Shown one piece after another: positions 55,701 through 64,000 of a stretch of DNA of 64,000 nucleotides (position 1 is its first letter; every line of letters begins with the position of its first letter). The notes below the pieces were generated by a model. The model searched no databases. It was given only the letters and a program-made list of their open reading frames with translations, and was not told the DNA's origin. Made by a program: the position numbers and the translations under genes. The stretch is taken from the NCBI GenBank assembly GCA_030141605.1, contig JAQGDQ010000205.1, positions 62,001-126,000 of the forward strand. The letters are read 5' to 3'. This stretch comes from Tubiluchus corallicola. Its lineage: Eukaryota; Animalia; Priapulida.

Positions 55701-58700
55701 TTAGTTGGCTATTATTTGTTGTTAGATTGTGGTCAGTAGTAGGCATAGTATATTCACTAGTCGGATGAATTGTTGTTTATCCAGTCACATGGCTAGTCAC
55801 TTTATTCACTGATTGGCTGTCTAGTAAATAATATTTAGCCTGTTACTTGTAATTCAGTTACAAAAGGTAAGATTAATATTCGACTACTTAATCATTGTAC
55901 TAATTTTTTGTTACCCTATCAACTACAACTTTGAGTTTTTGTAGTTCTCAGTGTCCAACTAATGAACATATTTGACTATCTGCCCAACGTTTTTTGCTGT
56001 GTCTATTTGACGTATGTATATTATTTACTGACAGCCATTCCAACGCTTTGTTAAGCTTTCCAATCCACTCGTTAAAGTAGTTCTATAAATACACTTTTCA
56101 ACAAGCACTCAGAAAAACTCTTCGCTTGTGATGTTTCCTAATTTACAACTAAACGCGTGCTAAGATTTGTGCTTCCGATTTTGTTCTCGGGGTTAGTGAC
56201 CCCTGGTAAGTAGGCCAATGAAACTTGTTGAGGAGAGCGCTGCATTATATTTTGCACAATAGTGAGCTTTTTGTTGTCATTAGTTAGCTGTGATCAATGC
56301 TTCGGTCAACTTCACTGTGTTTCGCTTTCTGCGTTTTCACCCAACCCCCTCTTCGGCTTTCTTTCTCCTGTAATTTGCCCCTGTAGGGTCCGCTTTCAAA
56401 TGCTCAGCCAGTCTTTCTAGAACTATTATTACTATTATTTGAAACGCCATTTTGAAGTGCAGAACTTCTCGGAGACGAACAGAGTGTTCTGGAGTTTTCA
56501 GTGGAGCAGCGATAATAATGTCGCTTTACTTTTCTGGCTTACGAAGAATCTCTTCGAGCGTATTTAAAGCAATCAAAGAACAGAAAAATGGATGGGGGTA
56601 CAAATTAAGTTGTGTAAAGTTCACGTTGACGAGTATATTGCTTTATATAGATTTTGCTTTATATGATAGAAATTTCTTTATACCCTTTTTAATAGAAATA
56701 TAACGGGACTTATAGTTATAAAAGTTTTTAAATAGGACTTTATAGTAATTATGAGCCCTAATCAGACTATAATGTTTACTTGGTCTTTATCAAATGTGTC
56801 TGTCTGAAACAAACAAATATCTTTTTCTAGTCTTGTCCTTTTCTGCACACAATTCTCAAGCTCCAAAATTCTCGGAGACTGAATTTGGATTTATTGACCA
56901 ACAAGCATAAAGCATCATACACAATGCTGCGGCAAGTTGGTACAAATTAAAACATCTCTAACAATGAGTCTGAACTTTCACACAGTTTAAAACATGTGCT
57001 TACAAAGAACAGAGCTGTTGCACACAAAACCATGTTAGATACGTGCAATTAAAAATAAACTGTATGACAAGTATGAGATTTAATTAGAAAAATTAACTGT
57101 TTTTAACTGTTTTCTGTAAGACATGTTTGTAAGCAACTATACTAAAATAAATTATGAATGCTTAAATGGTAATTGATTCAAGTATCAGTATTGTTCTACA
57201 GTTTTATTATTCCAGCTGCTGCATTTGTACTATCGATTACATTGTTAGAAAAAATAACACCCAAAGAATTCATATTTGTAAACTGATTTCTGATTTATTT
57301 GACACAGAACAAATACTCAGCACAAGTTGCTCAGATTATACGACTGTAAGATTTGCGTCTCATTCACACGTTATTTGTCCCTAGGTAACCGAGACCATTT
57401 ACTGTCTAAATTTTTAACTTATGACGTCAGATCCTTGTCATTGTACAAGTCATCGTATTTAATTCATTAACACCTGTTATTACTTTTGAGCATAATGGAT
57501 GCAAAGATAGTTCAGGATTGTATAAAGTTTCCATTTTACTGCTATCTTGGCTAGTTTCTAAACGATGTTTTCGGTCGATTACGTCGACATTCAGAGGGCC
57601 ACCAGCAGTTAGAAGAACCCTCGGAGTTCCACACTTCACCACCAACCTACATGCATATAATTCAGTCGCATAAATTAGAGTTTATAATTGTTGGGCACCG
57701 CAAAAATTCTTGTCTAAGCAGTTTCCCTTGCCATTGTTCAATAGAAGCGTTTAGGGATATCAAATTAATCTCAAACAAACACAAATCATTATGCCCTGGT
57801 ATAAGACAAGATAAGACACTTTATTATTTTACTGTCGATGTTTAAAATAGAAAGCATTAGCCGAAGCTACTATAATCTATATATAAACTAGTATCATTTC
57901 AGTATCAAGCGTTAACAATTTTTCTAAGCCTGGCTTGATAGTTAATGTATATAACCCCGAGCTCCTAAGAAATGTTTTGTCAAACGTATACGTTGCCGTT
58001 TGTTACTGAATGATCATAAGTATTTTTTGTTTTTAAATGGCTAATATCATGTTTATATATATATGCTAATGTGCGTGCTGCCGAACAGTGCTACGAACTG
58101 TATTCTATCTGGCTACGATTTACTTTTGCTTTGTGATATTTAAGCTTATGGTTATCTGTGAAAGACAATAATTATTGTTGTAAAACACAAATTTGTCAAA
58201 GTCAAATGGCCAAGGGGAATTAGTCGATTTGAAGCTCATTTATGGGCTTACTTTACAAGATGTGAATATTTATAGAATCACATAGTTAGTACAGTTGTAA
58301 CATACACATACTGCTCAGTGTGAACCTATACTAACACTGTAAGACAGTCTCAAACCAAAGACCAGGTGAGCAAAAAAGCTTGTATTCAGCGCCAGATTTC
58401 AGATTTTTAAACAATTTAAGATCTAGTATAAGGAATTAAGCTCAGTGTTCTGTGAATGTTAAGCAATAAAAACATAGAACTATAAAAGAAGGTTACTAAC
58501 AACACGCGCACGTAAACACGCAACGCGCATGAATACACATGCGTCACGTAGCCATGACGACCTCTGGTAAGTAGGCCTAAGCGAAAGCTACGTACACAAC
58601 AATGCAAACTTGACCATCTTTTGATGATGCAACATTCTAGGGCAGTTAGGCGACGTCCACGAAAGTTACTGTGATTGTAGGTGTAGAACACAATGAAAAC

Positions 58701-58795
58701 AATGAATGAATGTCCTATCCTACTGAATATATAAACTCACTGAGACGAAAAGGCGTGCTAAAAATTAAACTGCATAAAGTTATACAAGAAAACGA

Positions 58796-58925
58796 GTATT
58801 ATAATGATTATGCTTGATACACGAAACTATATAGTCAGACTGCCACGTGGTTGCTAAATTTCCATTTGTTTCGGTACTGTAATGATGTTGTATGGAAGCG
58901 TATCAAGCATATAACATTATAATAC
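58796..58925. repeat. Short inverted repeat (MITE-like hairpin)
   Basis: GTATTATAATGATTATGCTTGATAC versus GTATCAAGCATATAACATTATAATAC, with CACGTG in the loop. Confidence 0.65.
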
Positions 58926-59858
58926 GCATTTTCAATTTGCAAAGGCGCTTTCATCTTTATAAAAATTAAGTGGAGATAAACCTCATCAAAAAAACAAAAA
59001 AAAACAATAAGAGAAATCCTAGTCGTATACGCAAGCGTATGATTGCAACTGTGCGTGTTAAATATTTGTTATTTTATAAATTTGTAAATGCACTTAGGAA
59101 TAGAGTGTCTTCAACAAACACAAGCTACACAATTTTGTACTCTTATATTTTGTTGATTTAAGCCGACAAAATGCTGGTTTTTCAATCAGTGTCGTCAAAA
59201 CTTATTGTTGTTGTGATTAATGTTTGAGTGGCTCTAGCGAATTACTATTAAGATTTCAGTAAAACTTTGTTTAAGGTGTTACTTTTAAAGAGCCGGTTTC
59301 GTCGAGTGTACTGCTAAACACTTTAAATGCGCTGTAGGGCGAGAAAGTTTTTAGACTGGTACCATTCTCTTAGAGAACAAAGAGAAACGTAACAAAAACT
59401 TTAGAGGTACCGAACCATGTGTTGAATGGATCAGGAAGAGCAACTGTACTCGGTCACTGACACCAACTACTGTAAGCAAGCATGATGGGATGGCCACAGT
59501 CGGCTGCTCTTGGTTTCGCTGACATTGACAAACACTTTTGATTTCATTAGGGTTTCGTAGCGTGACCAGGCTACCTCTACTTTGCTTTACTTTACCATTT
59601 GTACACTTTCTATTCGTATAGAAAGAAAATAGTGACACAAAATGGATCGGTAGTAGTTTCCTCATAGAAAAAATGTCAGTGGTGTTAAAATAATGCATGT
59701 TTCTGACGCAACTGTATTTCATGATAACAAAACTAAAACGTTTTTACACGTATCAGTACATTGGTGGTTGTGTGATACTAAGTGTAGTCGTTAGCAAATT
59801 TTAATTTGATTATTGCCGACACAAGCAGTTGTTGCATTGAGTGAATCAGCGGTTCACG

Positions 59859-60078
59859 ATGTCTTACATGCAGCAAAGAGACAATATGTCCAACCACCAG
59901 GACATGACTGCTGTGTCGCATTCATCTCACACCATGTCCATACCTTATCATGCAACTCAGGCGCACGTTTACAATGGAAACAATGGTGGAAACAACAATG
60001 TGGCACCACATCAACAAATGCAGCAGAATTCATCTCAGCCAGATTTGGAAGTATCAAAATCTTCACCGCCGGCTCTAG
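59859..60078 (+). CDS. Probable first coding exon of an unidentified gene (Q/N/H/S-rich N-terminus)
   Basis: ACGATGT start, 73 open codons (MSYMQQRDNMSNHQDM...NGNNGGNNN..HQQMQQ..SSPPAL), then donor CTAG|GTGAGA (phase 1). No downstream exon recognised in the window. Confidence 0.55.
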
Positions 60079-60589
60079 GTGAGACACAATTAGCAATTGC
60101 CCACTAATTACAGTTTTGTTAGAAAATTTGTTTTTAAGGTGTAATCCCGCTTAAGATGCTATTACTGCTAAAATGTAAACATTACAGGGATAATGCTGAA
60201 TACCACTGAAAAATAAGTAATAATTATTTGATTAATACACGTGCCAAACATATCACAGCATTTTCTCTCTTCGAATTGATTATTTTTTAAACCACAGTGA
60301 ATTTAGTGAATTATTGTAGACAATTCTCCTTTTTCCAAATTCCTTAAGGTTGGTTGTTCAACAGTGTCACCCAGTAATAGAAATGATTAAACTTTCTTTG
60401 TCTGATATACAGTCCTGTTACGGATACATCAGATGGTTAATTGGGGTGTGGCGAGCTTTCCTGTTTCCGTCATTAGCCATTGGTGTTCATTTAGACTGTC
60501 AGTTCATCCATCAGTCCATGCAAACAGGCAGAAACATTGGCTCGAAAAAAATGTTGTACCATTAATTCCTAGGACCTAATGTCATGGCT

Positions 60590-60730
60590 GTTATCATCGA
60601 CATCATCACTATCATTATCATCGTCGTCGTCATCATTGTCATCATCGTCATCATCGTCGTCATCGTTGTCACCTCATCGTCATCATTATTTCATCGCCAT
60701 CATCATCATCATCGTCGTCGTCGTCATCTT
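60590..60730. repeat. (ATC)n/(GTC)n microsatellite
   Basis: Seen directly. Confidence 0.92.
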
Positions 60731-61639
60731 CACCGGTATAGCCATCATACTCGTTTCGTCATTAGCATGCTTTTCTGCACAAAATTGATCATAGATTATT
60801 AAAAACATAACTCTATTTTTATAGGTGTTTTACATTTTTCTATACAAAAAATAAATTGGATTTCCTCTTGGCTGTGTATAATTGGCTTACTGTGTTACAC
60901 AAAATTATTTTATGGTAGCATAAAAAATTTTATCGGCAGGACTCTTTCATGCACTATCGTAAAATATTATTATAGGTCTTTGAATTTTCCCAGACGACGG
61001 GAGTTCATTCAATTTAGTTTTGAAAATTTCTTAAATGATCGCATCAACCTTTCAAATCGTACCCCAAACGATTCAAGAATACTAAACACGAACTCTCTTT
61101 AAAATGCCACCATTAGCGAAATTATTTAATACATCAGGTGACATTATTCTTTCCTGTGTGAGAAGATAAATTTACCAGCCTGCTGTCGGGGTGGGTCCGG
61201 TTTTGGGCGTGAATCACAATTTTACAAATAAGATACGACGGAGAAACGGGATTACACACGAAAGTATTTTGATAATCATTGTTATCACATTGGTGAGAGA
61301 TGATAGATCATTCTTACTGACAAATTTATCATTCAATTAATCTAAATGATGGTGCTAAACTATAACAAGCATTGACGACTGATAATTATTAATACGTAAT
61401 GCTTCGATGATTTTATCAACGCTGTCATTAGTGTCAAAATGTCGACGACTTCAGGTTTTAAGTTACGAATATTGAAATTCAAAGCGAGACGTATAAACTG
61501 ATTTTGATATCTTTTATGCGAGACAACTATCTGTATCCTGGCGCCACAGAACTTTTCTTCATTAAAAATTTGTGCAGCCTATTTCAAACAATGATGGTTT
61601 ATTATCATCAATCACATCATTGTCATCGTTATCAATGAC

Positions 61640-62180
61640 CATAATCGTAAAAGAAAACGTTAAAATGCCCATGAATCTCAAAAATTCTTAGTTTTTCTCA
61701 GAAGCGTTCGTTCTCTCGGACTTTATCAGCTGCACAGAGAGATGCAATGATAAAAAATTACATATGAAACTACATATAAAATAAAGGTGTACAATGTCAG
61801 TAAAATAAAGGGTACAAAAAACATGAAGAGGCTGAATCAAAAACTAAATTAAAAGTAAAAGTAAAATTACTAATTAAGAAAACAAAATAAAAATTAAACT
61901 GACTAACGTGGATGTCAGGCATGTTTATCAGTTTAATTTCCATTTTGTCTTCTTAATTACCCTTTGTACCCTTTATTTTACTGACATTGTACACCTTTTA
62001 TTTTATATGTAGTTTCATCTGTAATTTTTTATTGTTGTACCTTTCTGTGCAGCTGATAAGTCCGAGAGGATGAAAACTGAAAAAAATAAAGAATTTTAAA
62101 GGAGATTTATGGGCATTTTAACTCTTCCTATACGATTATGACCGTGGCAAATCTCAGAAGAGCACTGCCCTATTTTTGAT
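61640..62180. mobile_element. Long palindromic hammerhead-bearing element, family A (Penelope pLTR-like)
   Basis: Inverted arms of ~250 bp (61640-~61900 vs ~61920-62140). Each arm has a degenerate core (plus strand: cag-CTGATAAGTCCGAGAGGATGAAA at 62053-62075). The right extension ACGATTATGACC..TCTCAGAA..CACT..TATTTTTGAT matches 31032-31082. Confidence 0.75.
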
Positions 62181-62953
62181 GACCAGTTGACCACAACATC
62201 AAAATCGTAGGAGGAGCAGTAGCGAGCTTGTCATTGTCTTATATTGCTATCATAGGATTTTAGTGCATTTGTAACTGTGACTATAGATGATCTGTATATC
62301 CTCAATTCACGAAATTTGAAAGTTAAATTAATTCACTCCATTTGTTTCACTGAACGTCCTTTTTAAGTGAAACGTTTACTCTTCGCAGAACTTTTCTTTC
62401 TTTTCCGAAAGAGCGCGGTTATTTTTATCCTGAGACATCCAAGTAGTTGCAACAACTAGTTTTCTGGAAGATTTCACTGCTGAATCTACCGTGGCAGTAA
62501 TGGCACACGGTACTACCACTACGATGAGTAATGTCCGAGTACGATGCTTAATATTTTGATTAAACCAAAATAAAGAATGTTTCGACAATATAAGAAAAAT
62601 ACTTTGTATATAAATAGTTTTCAATTTCTTATTGGCAAAATCATAAAACTGTGGAACGCCGAATAACGTCATTACCATTTTGTTCAGTGAAAGTTTTTTC
62701 AACGATTTTTGGTCGAGGCTCAATGGCGATCATCGCTATTTTTTTATCTGAACGTCGTTGTTCTTGTTGTTGTTGTGGGGAAGGGGAGATGCTCGGCTGA
62801 TGAATGTTTTTTTTTTAGTTTCGAATTATATGTGTAATTATAATACCCGACACAATGTTTTCGACGCAGACACCCAACTTCTAGTGGTTTTCATTTCCTG
62901 TTTTTATCGGACAGCTTAAACCATAAACCTTAAACTAAACCAGGCGGCGTACC

Positions 62954-63192
62954 GGGTGGCGTAGCTCAATGGTAGCGGTCGCTTACCACCCGGGAGCTCA
63001 TGGGTTCAATTCTCGACCGAGTTATACCAAAGATTTGAAAAAATGGTACTGCTGCTTCTTCGACCAAGCATGCGAGTTTATCGAAGTAACGTACGGGTAA
63101 TAATAATAGGAACCACCTTGGAAATAGGTATAGAGTTACTTAAGGTGTCATCCTTGTAATATGTCCCAAATCAAATTACTATTATTATTATA
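62954..63192 (+). mobile_element. tRNA-derived SINE (core resembles Meta/MESC-type domain)
   Basis: A-box TGGCGTAGCTCAATGGTAG, B-box GGTTCAATTC, core ATACCAAAGATTTGAAAAAATGGTACTGCTGC and (ATT)n tail. Confidence 0.75.
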
Positions 63193-64000
63193 ACCACAAG
63201 CGACGTTTCCCCTAGAAGTCGTACGTGCATCAGTAATTGGAAATTATTTTTATATTTTAGTGACTAACGCACGAACTTCCAGTTTGTATAAATTAACTAA
63301 GCTTTACTCGTGAACAGATGCTAATGGATACAACTTATGTCTAATTATGGATACAACTTATGTCTAATTAAAAACTATACTTAACAAGCTTCTGTGCGCC
63401 AGATGGAGTGCATGCCCTGTAACTTCCTAAACCAGAAATGAAATTTAGGACCGCACCAACAAGACTCCCATTCGCTCTAGTGCATGACCTTTTAAAAGGG
63501 TCCTGGATATCTCGTAGCCTACGTCTTCTTTCTATATACAAGCATCAACAAAACGAGTTCTGCAGTCGCCACCAGATTAAGACGTGTGACTGACTTTTTA
63601 AATACCTGTGTGACGTCAAGCATACGTCACTACACCAACTCCAAAAACCTCGTGATGCTCGAGCAAAATTTCGCAAAATGTCAGCTATACCGGATTGGAA
63701 AGCATTGACTACAGAAAGCAATCTAAATAGTTTTGTGACACGTATCATCAAACGGAGTATCCAACCGTTACTAGACGACCTCAGGCAAGTAGCCGAGTAT
63801 ACGAAACTTCCCTATAAACAAGCGAAACACCATAAGTTACGTTTTTCTACTTCCCGTACCTCAGGTCATCCGAATTTGAAAATGAACAAAAGAAAGCGAC
63901 AAAAAGAGACAACAGAAGAAGCTATTTGCTATTAGGAAATCATGGAACCATGTAGCAATCATACAGCTTTTCCGTCTTTCCCGAATGCACTCTTAAATAT

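Noticed and set aside
62954-63020. tRNA gene
   Set aside because: A and B boxes are present but there is no complete cloverleaf, and it continues into a SINE core shared with two other copies.

Overview
AT-rich animal (invertebrate-like) nuclear DNA; no prokaryotic features and no CRISPR. All homology calls come from recognising motifs and recalling family sequences, not from database searches. Four genes can be built by hand: CENP-N (+, almost all in one coding exon, 4436-5532), an integrin alpha chain with an intronless 1088-aa CDS (+, 8749-12015), mitochondrial intermediate peptidase MIPEP (-, 18 exons, 14262-29063) and a UPF0764/C16orf89-like secreted protein (-, 8 coding exons, 31914-49322). 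A complete U1 snRNA gene (-, 40111-40274) sits inside the 12-kb intron of the C16orf89-like gene. A probable first coding exon of an unidentified gene lies at 59859-60078. The rest is MITEs (several hAT with 8-bp TSDs), SINEs, LINE and gypsy remnants and microsatellites. Most unusual: two repeat families carrying minimal hammerhead-ribozyme motifs (one family as palindromes), the intron-free integrin next to intron-poor CENP-N, and a decayed candidate Transib/RAG1/CMC-type transposase between MIPEP and the C16orf89-like gene.
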